From Dicyema japonicum (taxonomy: Eukaryota; Animalia; Dicyemida), in the NCBI GenBank assembly GCA_011109175.1, contig RDEW01000016.1:737592-800195 (forward strand): a DNA stretch of 62,604 nt, written 5' to 3'. Positions 31,400 through 44,819 of the stretch are shown one piece after another. Under the pieces are notes generated by a model. That model ran no database searches. It was not told the origin of the DNA and saw nothing but the letters and a program-made list of their open reading frames with translations. Both the position numbers and the translations under genes were made by a program. Each line of letters begins with the position of its first letter. Position 1 is the first letter of the stretch.

Positions 31400-34110
31400 A
31401 AATTCCATCAATGGGTTTCTTTTAAATAATATTTGTTCCTCCTGTGAAGTTTTGAGTTAAATCTAGGATATGTCAATTTTGAGATCATCAGTTTCAACTA
31501 CCACAGTTAAAAATGGATTTATAATCCAGTCGTTAACCAGATTGGGAATTGAAAAATAATTTTCGAAAGTAGTAATTTTCCAGTTGTTGATCGATCATAT
31601 TTAAAATTGAAAGATCTGGGAAATCATTCCCAAGTATAATTCAAGCAAAGGAAACATTGAAATAATAGATTTAGAAATTTTCTTTCTCAATAAAACAATT
31701 TTATACTAAAATTCGGCGATCTTTTCATTAACAAGAATTGAGCATACATTTTTACCTAATAATATACTTTGCATAAATTTAGCTTTAAAATCAAGGAATT
31801 CAAGCAATTTGAATAAATTTTGATATCCTTGGTCATTCAAAAAACATATTATTGCATCATACAACTCCACAACTCTTGTTAGAGCTCTTCCTTTCGAAAG
31901 CCATCTTACCTTTGTGTGGAGCAGTAAGATAGAATGTTCTGAACCAAGTTCTTCACATATATAGTTTACCCTCTATTGCTCGCCATTTTTGGGACCAAGC
32001 AAAAATTGGCGACTAAGAATTTGGCGAGTAATAGAAATAATCGATATCGTATCTTCTATTAAAAAAATTTTTTGTATAATTTTTTACAATCTATTTGAGT
32101 GACTATAACATTTAAATGAATACTTGAAATATTTATTGAAAAAACCAAGATTCTAATTAAAGTAATCGTTTAGTGTTTTTTTGCATTATCGATTGTCTAT
32201 ATTTTTTGAATTTTTATTAAACTTTCAAGCATATTTAAATCAAAATTTTCATCATGCGAAAAATATTCTTTGAGTTCCAAAACACTTTTTATCGCTTCTC
32301 TATGTGTAATACATTTTTCTTTCTTTTCACAATCTTCACTAATTGTTATGTCAAAAATTGTTTAACCGAAATATCACCATTTTCATTGTTTTGAAGAAAT
32401 TCAAGAAGTTCGTCATTTTCAGAGTACGTAAAGTCTACAAACTCCTTGATGGGATCCGAGATCATTAATTTATCAATAATTTGTTCAAAATTCTTTATTT
32501 TTTGGTCTCCCTTGGTAAGTTCTTCAATGCTTTTTTCCCATTTGGCGTGCTGAAAACATTTTGATATTGTATCCACTGACACATTTTTCTAGGCAAGATG
32601 AGAAAATAAGACTCCATCCTTTAGCGTTAATTTTTTATTACATTCAATATTTTTTCACCATAATTTATTTTTTCCATTATATGTTTAAATTTGTTAAAAT
32701 GGGATTTGAATAATAATCCCTTGATCCATTGGTTAAGCACAGTCGTCGTGTTTTTTTGGTAAATATAAAACTTCTATCATACTTAATTCGATTGTTATTT
32801 TATGAGAAGGACAATGGTCTACAACCAAAAGTATCCTTCTTTGTTTTTGTTTGAGATTTATGTTCCATTTATACAACCATTCGTTAATAATTTGCATGTT
32901 CATAAAGTCTTTGAAGAATTGTGGTATTGTAAATATTTATCAACGTTAATGTTTTTGAAACACCTTTGTTTCTTATACTTTCCAATCATCAATGGGGTTC
33001 TTTTATCAGATCCAGTCACATTTGCGCAAAACATTAATGAAAATCTGAAGATTAGCTAAAAAATTTTAAACCGATTTTTAAGTAGTTTCTGTCCTGATCT
33101 GCGTCTCCTGCATACACTTTTTGAATGAATAGTCTTGTAAAACACAACGGTTTGATTCCATTAATCCATCCAGGAAATGATTTCAGTATCAATTGATGAA
33201 TAGAGTTTCTAAAAACGAGAAATTGTCCCATAAATTGGATTAATTTCAAGAATCTTCTCTTTATTCAATTTAAGATCGTTTATGCATGTCTCGAAATTGA
33301 TTTTTTGAAACGCGCTGAAAAAATTTCTGAGACACGCCTTAAACTTAGGGAAGAGTTATTAATAAGATAATTTATAATTTCTTTTTTTAATTATAAGATA
33401 ATCTAGAACATTTCCTCATGTTACGAAAAAAGACACGCGACATAAATATTTGAAAAATTATTTTTTTTAAATAATAAATTTTAATTTTTTAATACTAAAA
33501 CGTATCGAGTAAGAGAATTTGGCGAGCAATGGAATTTTCTTAGTAAAATTGAAATTTTTCCAAAAAATAGCGAGTTATAGAAATGGCGAGCAACAGAGGG
33601 TAAACTGTACTCTGAAAAATTCTATGATTCAATGCCCGTGAACGAATGATGTTAATTATTTTTATAATTTGTCCAGGAACATCATTAATATCCTGTGGCA
33701 ATGTTTTTGAAGCAAGAGAAAATTAAGTACGCAATGATTCCTCTGGGTCAAAATATCACCAGCCATAGCTTGAATTCTTCGAGATATTGTATTATTTGAA
33801 AGAGGAACCTCTTTAAATTTAGATGCAAAATCAGTTTTAATAATAATTTCTGCCATGGAGACTATAAGAATGAGGAGCTTTATTTTTTACAATTATGTAG
33901 GCAGTCTATTTTTGATTATAAATAAAATATGATGCACGAAGAGTAGCTTTATTCTTTGAAAACATTGGAAGTGACGAAATTTTTGGTGTAGCGTCATATT
34001 GGCAGAAAACTCTTTAGGCGTGAGATTGACATTTGGGTGAACAATCTTTTGATTCCTCATTAATTTAGAAGGTTTGAGGAAATCGTTTCCTAATACAACA
34101 CTGCAATACA
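31400..34110 (-). mobile_element. hAT (ZBED5/8-like Buster) transposase remnant split by a pogo element
   Basis: KPSKLMRN and VPLSNNTISRRI (33610-34110); LLLHTKVRWLSKG and WIINPF (31430-31960). Confidence 0.8.
31962..33607 (-). mobile_element. pogo/Tigger-type element with TIRs and TA TSD
   Basis: Left end TAGTTTACCCTCTATTGCTCGCCATTT, right end AAATGGCGAGCAACAGAGGGTAAACTG; TA at 31960-31961 and 33608-33609; decayed internal coding remnants. Confidence 0.85.
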
Positions 34111-34129
34111 TGCATTGAGCTTTTTCGTA

Positions 34130-34300
34130 ATCATTACTACTTGTCTTATGGTCAAGACAACTGGAGGAATAAGTGGAAAATCGCTTCGCTTCCTAAAGAA
34201 ACTTGGACATCTAGCTACACTAAAAAGCTATCTCTGTTGCAATCGTGAGAGGCAACGCAACGTCGATAATGTCGGCGGGTCCTCTGGATGGCTGTGTTAA
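34130..34300 (+). mobile_element. CRE-clade 3' fragment
   Basis: Near-match to 25153-25320 (GGTCAAGACAACTGGAGGAATAAGTGGAAAATCGCTTCGCTTCCTAA...GGCAACGCAACGTCGATAATGTCGGCGG). Confidence 0.85.
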
Positions 34301-34379
34301 TTAATTGTTTATTATTTATGCGTTTTAAATATAATAAATTTGTAAATGCATATTTGGTAAATACAAATTTGACTAAGAA

Positions 34380-34960
34380 CTTTATTTATTTAACCCCAAG
34401 ACCACCAAGAAAGATAGGTCAAAACCTCCAACAACATCCGAACTCTCTTCATCTGATCTTCTGATGACCCAACCGCATTCCGAAGGCGTTTTCTCTTCCT
34501 TCTGCAAATGAATTCAATCGGAGTGCACTTTTTTATGATCGACCGAAATTCCTCTGCATGGGCCACCTTTTCCTTGAGTGGGTTTCCCAGTTCCTTGCAG
34601 AAACGTAGGAAACCCTGGCCATTCTTCAACGTCGCCTCCTCTTAAAGCAGACTGGGGACGGATGTGGAGTCTGATTGTATGTGCCTCATGATCTTCCATC
34701 TGAGAGAATTCACACGCTCCACCCTCGTAGAAAGAATGGCGAATCTCCAGGCAAAACAAGCATATTCAATCGTCGGCGCAATAACTTGGAGGTATAATTT
34801 GCTGATACAAGCAGTAGGATAAAAGGGGCTCTTCTTTACGATGGTTTTTAGGACTTCCATTTTCGAAGGCCCTTGGTTAACACCTTCTCCGTGTGACTGG
34901 TAAACGTCATCAGAGAGTCGAAAGTTACTCCAAGGATCTTCTGGGACATACGAATCAGAC
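34380..34960 (-). mobile_element. Family A LINE 3' fragment
   Basis: KTIVKKSPFYPTACISKLYLQVIAPTIEYACFAWRF...IQSDSTSVPSLL, matching 9240-9348 plus 10630-11010. Confidence 0.9.
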
Positions 34961-35403
34961 CAACAACGATTCATAGACCCGGCATATGATCGTGATTCGA
35001 CTAATTTTAATTAATTAATTTTTATAAATTTAATTTTATTGATTTTTAATTAAAAAATTCCTGGAGACTTCGTTGGGAAACGCTGGTCTAAGAGGTTCCA
35101 GCTGCACCGAGAATTTGGAGGCTTATAATTTTCACGCAATAACTCCATTGATATACCTTTATGTTTCAGACTTTTTCCAATGACTTCCAACAGAGAAAGG
35201 CGTATAGACCTTTAAAATCGACAAAGTTGTGCAACGAAAACATATAAAACGTTGATTTATTAATTTTTATGGTTATTCCTTAATTTCTTGTGGTTACGAA
35301 GATTGTTGTTTCTGCTGATCAGAGTGAATATCTCCTTCGTTGGAGAATTATGGAATCTTGTTAAGAAATCAAGGAACAGTAAATTTGTTAAGAATTTGTG
35401 TCA

Positions 35404-36997
35404 TTAGTTATGTTTTTCACAATTTTTAAGTATATTCCTTAATTTAGCCATTAGGGATACACTAGCCTGATCTCCTGCCTTTTCAAATCTTTTAAACTCA
35501 TTGAGTCTTTTCCTAGCATTTTCGAGAATAATTCTAAGTTCTCTAAGCAAAATAATAATAAATGAACTGAAATGATATTTCTCCATCATTATTATCATCA
35601 GCAGCCTTCATTATTTGATTTATTGAGTTTTCACTCATATATATGTGCATTTTCTATAATATTAAATAAACATAACATTTAACACACTCGACAAATTTAG
35701 CCAGGTCAAAGACTTATTTTTGAATTCATCAGCAATATGGAAAAAGTCTAATATTCTCATGTTCTTTTGTCTCATAGACTCTGCTATTACCAGTAAAGGA
35801 TCAACCTTAATATTAAAATACTATTACTCCTATTATTTCTGATCCTAATTTATTTGAACTTTTTTCTCCATATATTTTTCTCTCATATTTTATTTCTACA
35901 TCCTTTTCCAAATTATGATATAATCTTTCAAATTCGTCATTTACGGTTGCATTCTTTATATTTACATATTTTAACTTTTATTTCTATTTTCTTTAAAACT
36001 GATAGCTTTGACTTGGCCAACATTCTTACAATCATCACAGCATATTCAAAATCAATTGGATTTCCAGTTAACTTTCAAATCAAATATTAATACTATTAAC
36101 GTTTCAACTGAGTTGTTACCATTCAGTCCATTTAATAAATAATTTAGTGCTCTTTTATCAATACGATTGTATGAAAGATCTAAATATTTTAAACTTTTTG
36201 AATTTATTAGGCTTTTTGAATATTTTTTACATGCTTCAATCCCAATTCCGTTCATTGACAAATTTAATTTTTGAATAGTGTTGTTAGTCTATAACTTATT
36301 TATTATATACTAAAAATATTTGTGCCAGTTTTATAGAACCCTCATTGGCAATTTGGTTCCAACTCAAATCAACGACTTTAATATAATTATCAGTTTCTTT
36401 GTTTATTTTTAAATAAACCTAAATGCTTTGAGAGTATTTCTACATTGTTTATACTGCAATTAGACATAACCAGAGTCTCTAATTCATTTTGATTCTTTCT
36501 ATAATAAAATAAAATAACCTCAAGGAGTGTAATTAATTGATTCATTGTTATATCGTCTAGCCGATTTCCTATATTTACTATCATAATTACCTGATATGTT
36601 TAAATGATTTAGTTTTGTTTTGTTTAAACAATTCAAAACTTGTTTCATTCCATTTTGAATTTGACAATTTCTTATATTCTACAATAACACTTTTAAATAC
36701 TAAAAAAGTTAAAAATTTAGAATTTTTGAGATATTCAACGAAGGAACTAATAACCTTATCTGTTATTTTATTCTCTGACAAATCCAATTTTTTAAGATTT
36801 TGAAATGAATACGACTTAATAATAATATAACGGAATACATCACATGCATTAAAGAAACACCATAAATCATTTTCACTTAAATTGTATGACTTTAAATTGA
36901 CTTGAGTACTCCCAATCATTTTTCTGATTATGCTTAACTCCACTGAGTTATACCTTTCACATAATTTTTTATAATTTAATATTTCAACCTCTACCAT
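35404..36997 (-). CDS. Leucine-rich repeat (RI-like) protein with C-terminal EF-hand (LRRC74-like)
   Basis: LKKLDLSENKITD, LETLVMSNCSI, LKYLDLSYNRID, NNSVETL; the spliced C-terminus has DDNNDGEISFQ|ELR (EF-hand loop). Multiple short introns; the start codon is tentative. Confidence 0.7.
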
Positions 36998-37679
36998 TGA
37001 ATTAATAATATCTTAGTTTCAGTTATTTATATATCAATATAATCATTGTCAATTAACCACTTCACTTCATTGATTACTTTTATTACAATTTTTCACTTTA
37101 TTACTATGGTTGTCTCTATTTTGGTTACGTTCATCACATTTATCACAAATTAATTGTTTATTCCAAGTAGGATTATCACACAAAGTGCTAATTCATTTGG
37201 TATTATGTATAATCTTATATGCAAAGGAAATCAGTTTTATTTTAATGTCCTCAATTAATTTTTGTAGTTTTGAGTTAATAATTGATCGTTTTTATCTTTT
37301 ATGTGTATCCTTTCGATAAGATTTATAGTTAAATTCAAAATGGAAAAAAACAAGTTTTGAATTGTTTAAACGAAAAAATTTTCGTCCTCGTAATTTGGTA
37401 AGCCGTGGAAGAAAAGATTGAAAAGGGTCGGAGAAAGCTGAGAACCTCGGGATACTCCGTTTGGCATTAATCGTTATCTCGATCTAAGATGACCGCAGAC
37501 GACTCTTTCACATTGGTTTATGGTCACGTACTTTGGTGTTTCGAGAATGTCTTGAAACTGACGGCGGCGTAATGTTTCATAAGCAGGTTAAGGTGCATAT
37601 GACAAATGTGTTTTGTAAGAGAGTTAACGGTTCCATTTGCATCTCCCGACTCTGATTTAATTTGTTTTAGTCTTAATAA

Positions 37680-38110
37680 TAGTAATAACACCAGAGACCA
37701 CAGTTACACAAACTAACTAATCACGTAATTAGCACTCTTTAGAAGGGACCTCATATTGGCCCGATACTCCTCCCTCGACCCCACACAAGCACGTATCGGT
37801 CGAGTGACTGAACCTCCGCAGTCACGACGGCGCGTTCCATGGTTCATTCGTATCAAGGCTTCAAGAGGCATTGGTGGCCGGAACTCTCCAGAAATCAAGC
37901 GTTCCGTGATTTTGGAGGCTCTTTTCGGGCTAGTCTCGATCTTCAAGATATTCGTCCAAAAGATGAATGGGCCCCATATACCACATAGTGTTTTCCAGAA
38001 TTGATGAGTTGAACTTTTTCCATTGACTCGATTGACAGAGTGACGCCATCCCTTAGCCTGGTGGTCTTTTATGCTCTGGTTGATACCTTTAATTAGTTTT
38101 CTGATGATTT
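37680..38110 (-). mobile_element. LINE 3' fragment
   Basis: ORF 37713..38114 is homologous to 27026..27310; ATT tail. Confidence 0.8.
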
Positions 38111-38199
38111 TCAAAGATTACATTTCGTCGGATGTCATCTATTCATAAGGTTTCTTGTTTTTATGAGCATAATTGTCCAGGAATTAAGGGTTTAAAATT

Positions 38200-38770
38200 C
38201 GTGTACAACGAGAGAGAAATAAATTTATTTTCAGCCTTTTGAGTGGCCATGCTGATAATCTATCGAACGTATGTATAATAAAAGTATTTTAGGCAATTCC
38301 ATGTCAACGAAGTTACTGAAGCCAGTTCTTGAATCTTCCAATCAACCTTCCTATAGATCTTGAATCTTTCCACTTCAGTCTACAATGTCCGGATCTCCGA
38401 AATCCTCTTAACATAAGAATGATGAGATGTGGTTTCTGGAAAAACCATAATTCAATTCCATGAAGCAAGTCCTTCTAAAGAGAGGGAACTTAAGGTTAAA
38501 TCAGGAGAAGTGCAGCTCAGTGTATCAGTGTTCCTTATTGGGTATCTTGTGTGTAATTTATGGGTAATTCAGGATAATCATTCCAATAATACCATTTGTG
38601 ATGAACTCGCCACGGCTGTAAATAGACTGTAAGAAGCCAAATGGGGTTTCGGACATTGAGGTCGCCGCATATTTAAACGTTCTTTAGTGCTGAGAGGGGA
38701 GGTAGGTTTGGGGTGTAGGATTTTGGAAGTAGCACCACGTGGCACCACTTTCCTACAACAAAAACAATAT
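38200..38770 (-). mobile_element. LINE APE remnant
   Basis: CGDLNVRNPIW-like motif near 38640-38670. Confidence 0.55.
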
Positions 38771-38779
38771 TTATTATTT

Positions 38780-39340
38780 ATTTTTAAACCTCAAGACCAC
38801 AAAGAAAGAATAATCTCGCTAAATTAAGTGACCCCAGCCTCCAACATTGCTCGAATTCTCTTCGAATGCTCCGCCAGTGAACCAACATCGTTCCTGAATT
38901 GCCTTTTAATTTATGCAGAGGAATTCTATCGGAGTGCAGTTTTTAATGCCGATCTGAATTCCTCTGCATGAACCACGCTCTCTCTGAATGGGTTTCCTAG
39001 CTCCTTGCAGCCCTGGCCATTTCTCACCGTCGCCTCTTCTGAAAGGAGACTGGGAATGGATGTGGAGTCTAAATGCATAATCTTCCGTCTGAGAGAGTTC
39101 ATATGCTCGACCCTCATAGAAGGAATAGTAAATCTCCAGGCAGAGCAGGTATATTTAACCGTCGGCGCAATGACTTGCAGATATAATTTGCTGATAAAAG
39201 CAGTAGGAGGGAAGGGGCTCTTTTTATGATGGTTTTTAAGACGTTCCATTTTCGAAGAACCTTGGTTAACACTTTTTCCGTGTGATTGGAGAACGTCATA
39301 AGAGAGTCGAATTTCACTCCAAAGATCTAGATTCGCGTAT
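38780..39340 (-). mobile_element. Family A LINE 3' fragment
   Basis: FDSLMTFSNHTEKVLTKVLRKWNVLKT; LYLQVIAPTVKY; 3' hairpin GGGGTCAC/GTGGTCTT. Confidence 0.9.
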
Positions 39341-39458
39341 AAGGGATGGGAATGATTCCGAAGAAAAACAAAACAATATATGTTATTTTTGTTATTTTTA
39401 ATTAAATAAATTAAATAATTTGAATATAATAAAATAACACGACATCAGACCATATAGA

Positions 39459-41473
39459 ATGCACGAGCTGGCGAGAAAAATATTTACAAAGGTATTATTT
39501 AAAAAAAATTAAGTATTCATCCGATTCTAATGGTAATGTTATAATGAATGGACAAAATCTTAGAGACTTTATTGGAAGTGACAGCATATTTATTCCGAAT
39601 CGAGAGTCATATATTAGCTAATAAATAGACTTACATTCTCTGATTTTTTAAAATTAGAGAATGATTTAGGTAAACCACAGTTTCCATATGAACAACTTTA
39701 CCAATATATTACCAATAGTGAAGATCCCAGTTTGAAGGAATGTATTTTGGATTACAGTTATTATATTAGTGAATTCTTAGAGACTTTCAAACAATATTTT
39801 AATAATTTTGAATTTCTGCAAGTTGAGTATTTTGGGGAGGACTTTTCAAATATGATTAACTTTGATCAATTTTGTGAACTTATGGAGGTTGTCTTTGTAT
39901 ATAAGTCAACGAATTTAAGCAATACAGACCAATCATGGTCTTGAATCAATTCCGTAAGCTTTCTCAAAATGGAAAAACCGTCATAGCTGATAGACTCTTT
40001 GGGAATTTACAAGTTTCCATAAAAGTGGCTGCTAAGAAGGTTAAAATATGCAATATATTAAAGATAACCGAAAACACATTGAATTATACTGATTTTGTGT
40101 GCTGGACATCAATATTAGGAAAGTTAAGTGCATTTGATGACATAATTGGTGATGTTCGAAGTGGAAAAGTTAATAATTTATGTTAATTTATTATATTATT
40201 AATAGTACAAATAAAAGGAATATTACTTGATAAGTTTGGATTGACTCCTCTTCAATCTGATTATGCCTCTAAACTAATTTATAATCTATCTCAGGATAAT
40301 AACTATATATTAAATTATGTGTCTAAAACGGATGGAATATTGTCACAATTCGCAAAAGGAGTATATTTGTTTATTTTGGGTGGAATAGCTGGAGGTATCA
40401 TAATTATATATATTAATAGCCACTGGAGCATTCGCAGTATATCCGATTGATTTGGTGAAAACGAGAATGCAAAATCAAAGACTCAGTTCATCCTCTCAAG
40501 TCCCAAAATATAAGCACAGTTTGGATTGTTTCCTCAAAGTCATCAAATTTGAAGGAGTGAGAGGTCTATATAGAGGAATATTTCCTCAGTTATTGGGAGT
40601 ATCTCCTGAAAAGGCTATAAAACTATGTGTTTGAGTTAATAAATATTATAGACAAATGATCTAATGAGGGGACTTTTGAGTAGGGATAATACAATATCAC
40701 TACCATATCAGATAATATCTGGTGGAACAGTATTATTTACAATTATTAATAGGCTGGGGCATCACAGGTTATATTCACTAATCCTATTGAAATTGTTAAA
40801 ATTCGTTTACAAGTCGCTGGTCAATTACCACAAAGTTCTAATATAAATGCTACTACTGTTATTAAACAAATTGGATTTAAGGGACTTTACAAAGGAGCTT
40901 CAGCATGCTTATTGAGGGATGTTCCTTTCTCAGCTATTTACTTTCCAACTTATTCTTACTTTAAAACTCGTTTTTCAACAAATTCAGATGGAACTGTCAA
41001 TCAACATCCTTCTATCATAAGCTTATTACTTGCTGCTACTATTGCTGGTATGATATACATTTATTTAGGTGCTCCTGCTGCTGGGTTAGTTACTCCTGCT
41101 GATGTTATCAAGACTAGATTACAAGTATCTGCTCGTCTGGGGGAGACTACATATTCTGGAATTATGGATTGCATTACAAAGTTAACAAGAGAGGAAGGAT
41201 TATCTGCATTTTGGAAGGGATCTATTGGTAGTTATCTTTTATTGTTTGTAGCCAGGATATTTCGATCATCCCCTCAATTTGGAGTAACAATGATGACTTA
41301 TGAAGTGCTACAAAGTTTAATGCACAAATTTAGGTATGGGTTGGTTTATGAGTAGTACTAAATCTGATATACAATGTCAAAGTGATCATTTTGGTAACTA
41401 TAAACATGCTTTGAAAACTTTTAATGGTCTTGACTACAGATTTGGATTATATTTACCTTCATTTCAGAAATAA
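39459..41473 (+). CDS. SLC25A12: Calcium-binding mitochondrial aspartate/glutamate carrier (aralar/citrin, SLC25A12/13)
   Basis: N-terminal [10 protein letters not shown]|YSSD; LGGIAG|[21 protein letters not shown]; PEKAIKL; [14 protein letters not shown]; [12 protein letters not shown]; RSSPQFGVT; C-terminal GLYLPSFQK*. The paralog assignment (12 vs 13) cannot be resolved. Confidence 0.93.
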
Positions 41474-41574
41474 TATTCCTTATCACTAACCCATTTCTAA
41501 TTGGTGAGAGTTTCAAATAATAATAACTAAATTATTTTATTGTTTAATTAAGATTGATAAGTATTTCAGTGTGG

Positions 41575-42440
41575 TTGGGCTTAAGAGGAGTTCTGAGAAA
41601 TCTGCCACTAATTTGAGATGTCTGAAGATATGATGGATGGACATGAAGGCTATCTCTACCTCGGAGTGTTAGAAGACAAAGGAAGTAATGTCTGAAACAT
41701 GAAGTTTTGAACACTATTGCTGAAAATGTGAGAGGTTTAAAGCAATTAACGAGCATGCCTTGTTGCACTTGTGCAGAATTTACGGAATCAAAAAGTCAAA
41801 GAGACTGAAGACACGTTCTATCAATTCCATAGTCAATACTCAGATAGTTGAAATCCTGGGCGGACACATCCATAAAGACAAATTCTCAGGTCAGGTTTAA
41901 TAAACCTAATATTTTTTCCACGATAAGATGAAGAATGAAATTTTACTTGTTGAAAATAAAATTACTTCTCAAGGGTTATTGAAGCAGACTGAAGTAGAAA
42001 AATTACATAAGTACGATTTACTGACTGGAGAGCTCAAGCTACTTTATGGTGCTACAGTCAAAGTCATACCTATTGTTTTAACCTGAGATGGTGTAGTTTC
42101 GAAAACTTGTAGATCTCATTTGGGAACAATCGCAATCGATGCGCCAACCAGAACATAAATCCAATCCGTTGTCCTTAAAAAGACGTTGGAGAGCATGTTG
42201 GTGGAGTATAAGTATGGAGTCCAAACGATCAAGGAAAAACTAGTTACAGCAACCAATCACCTGGTGGAGTTGGCAGCCCAGTACAATAACGTTCCAGGTA
42301 GTCTGAATGAGGTGGTAACTGATGGGGTCCAGGTCAATGACTCCTCTTCTAAGAGGAGAAAGGTCTAGAAGAGAGTAGTAATTTTGATTTAATTGTTTCC
42401 CGTAAAAATAAAACTCGTTTTTTTTTGTTAAATAATATTA
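41575..42440 (+). mobile_element. R4/Dong-like RLE non-LTR retrotransposon, 3' part, decayed
   Basis: YLGVLED; RFNKPNIFFHDK...ITSQGLLKQTEVEKLHKYDLLTGELKLLYGATVKVIPIVLT*DGVV...IQSVVLKKTLESM. Confidence 0.8.
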
Positions 42441-42539
42441 TTAAAAGTTATTGGAAACCTCAAGGGCACTTAATCTCTTCCCGAAAATGACCTTTTTCTG
42501 CTTCCCCAAGTCTTTAATTTGACCTGAGACCAGTCAACA

Positions 42540-42832
42540 GAACGCTAAGGGATCGTGAAGACCTCAGTAGTCTGCAGATTCTCAACCTGTGGTCATCACT
42601 TTGGATGGAATTGTCTCCAAATTCTTCAAAGGCCATCTGGATGCCCTCAAGGTGGAGGAGAGGGTCAAAGCTTATATACACACTAGTGTTACGGAAGACT
42701 TTGGAGAGTATACAAGCTGAGGAGAGGTATGGAGTATCGATGCCTGTTGATGAGAAAGACGGCATGGAATGTCAACCTAGGGTAGTCTCTGAATGTGGGG
42801 TATGCAGTGACGTGAACGTGCCTATAAAGGCA
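42540..42832 (+). mobile_element. Second R4-like 3' fragment
   Basis: VVITLDGIVSKFFKGHLDALKVEERVKAYIH, then a frameshift into LVLRKTLESIQAE. Confidence 0.7.
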
Positions 42833-42937
42833 CCCCTCCGGACTCGTCCTCACTTTTGTCGGTCTGGGATCACTTAGTTAGATGAGAACTTTTATTTTTT
42901 TCTCTTTGACCCAGTGATCCTGGGGGTAATAATCATA
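42833..42937 (+). mobile_element. ~105-bp 5'-truncated family D 3' end with 9-bp TSD
   Basis: Near-identical to 31287-31395. ATAAAGGCA flanks it at 42824-42832 and 42938-42946. Confidence 0.88.
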
Positions 42938-43179
42938 ATAAAGGCAATAGGAGTTGGCCCCAAGAAAAGAAGATATATTTAGCCAGGCGTTATAAGTATT
43001 ACTTTTACTTATTGCTTGATAAATAAAATTTTATAAATAATGATTCTATGCTGTTGCACATAATAATAAAAGAACCTTTAAACTCTCTCCTCCCGTGGAC
43101 GTTCTCGTCCCTGGCGATGCGTTTTGCGATAGATCGCATATTTCCAGAGGAATCTTCAGCCCACCGAAGAGAAAGTTAC

Positions 43180-44500
43180 TTTACTGCTCTTTAATTAAAT
43201 ATCAACGTGATTAAATGGAAGATCAGGGAACTCCGCTCAATCCTGTCAAGTCTGATGATCAATGTGGCTATGATCCAAGAGATCAAACTCACTCTGAATG
43301 ACTCGTTCATTTTCTGATACAATTCTAATAGAATAGACGTTAAAAAGATAAGAGGTGAAGGTTGCTCACTTTATTAAAAAAGAACCTGAAATTTTAAGAC
43401 AACTCTTCGGAGGTAAGGAAACTTATTAAGTAATAATAATCTGATTTTGGTGAAGATAAAAAGATAACTCAACGTGAGGAGAATTCCTAGCAGCTACAAT
43501 TAAAACGTGCTGACTGGAGATTGTATCGCGTAATCTTTGACGACAGACTTAAAAATCGTTACTTGTATAGCTTCAGCTCTCTGGATACTTTAACCACATA
43601 ATCTTGGAAGCAATATCAATAACTAAATACAAATATCGATTGAATTCGTCGAGTGGGAAGATGGCCTTGATTAAAAAAATTAAAAATCTAACCGGATCAC
43701 ATTGGAAATCAAAATCCAGAGCAGAGCATTGAATATTGAAATACAGGCAAAAGAAATTGAAGTGGAATCATGTGCGTACAACAGTATATCTAAATCCTAA
43801 TAAAAGAGAAGTGTGAAAATCTATTCGAAACGTTGCAAATAATTTTCAAAGAAGGATGTGAGGATACACTACGTTTAACAACATACTCACACAAACCTAA
43901 TAAGTTATTGACTACATTTTGATAATGACAGAGCAAATATCAAAAATTATATAAATAAAAGAATGGAAGCAAATGGATTTAAACCTATTATTGAAATAAC
44001 TGAACCAAAAATTGGCCAACACGCTGTCAGGCATCCTCTGCATCTGTTGAAAGAGCTATTAAAATGCTAAAAAATATTTTAAAAAAGGATAGGAACTTCC
44101 ATCCAGACAATATCAAGAATTACCTTTTATTATATTACAATAAATAAAATTTAAATTTTATATTTTATTATTTTAAGTTATAGATTTTTATAATTTTAAA
44201 TGCTAGATTTTATCATTTTAAGTGCTAATTTTTATAATTATAATTGCTAGATTTTATGATTTTTTAGCGCTAAAAAATTTTTTTAACTGCTAGAAACAAC
44301 TTGCCCTACTAATAACACTCCAGTCACCCTATTAAAAATTTTGGAGACATGGGAGTTACCCTCCTAACATCGATCTTCAACTATTCGATTAATCAAAATG
44401 TGATGCCGTTAATCTTGAAATAATCCTTAGTGGACGAAGGAGGTCTAAAATCCATCTCACGTTTCCATCTCAAAAAGTACCCCAAAAATCTCCGTTATTC
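43180..44500 (+). mobile_element. Heavily decayed Ingi/Vingi-like LINE
   Basis: LNINVIKWKIRELRSIL...AMIQEIKL (APE start); KRADWRL; IFNYSINQN. Confidence 0.6.
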
Positions 44501-44819
44501 CTTTCTCTGCTTAACTTTTTTCTGACCAATCTCAAACTCTGGAATCCGATAATGATGTTCTACTCTCTTATGCCACTCAAAAGAAGATCTAAAAGGCCGT
44601 GGAAATAATACAAATTAACCTGAACCGGATCAACTCTTGGAAATGGAAAACCGGATCATGTTGAATGCAGATAGGCATTATTATTAAAAAGCACATTAAC
44701 AGAACATTATGTTAACTAAAGTCCCATTTTTTACGCGTTTCAAATTTTATTCACTAGGGGTCTCCATCTTGTTCAATATGCTTAATGGAACTGATTACAT
44801 CACAGTATAATTTCTAATC

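Noticed and set aside
43080-43160. GC-rich hairpins upstream of a decayed LINE as another HDV-like fold
   Set aside because: A P3/L3-like hairpin is present, but no P1 or P2 partners could be assigned.
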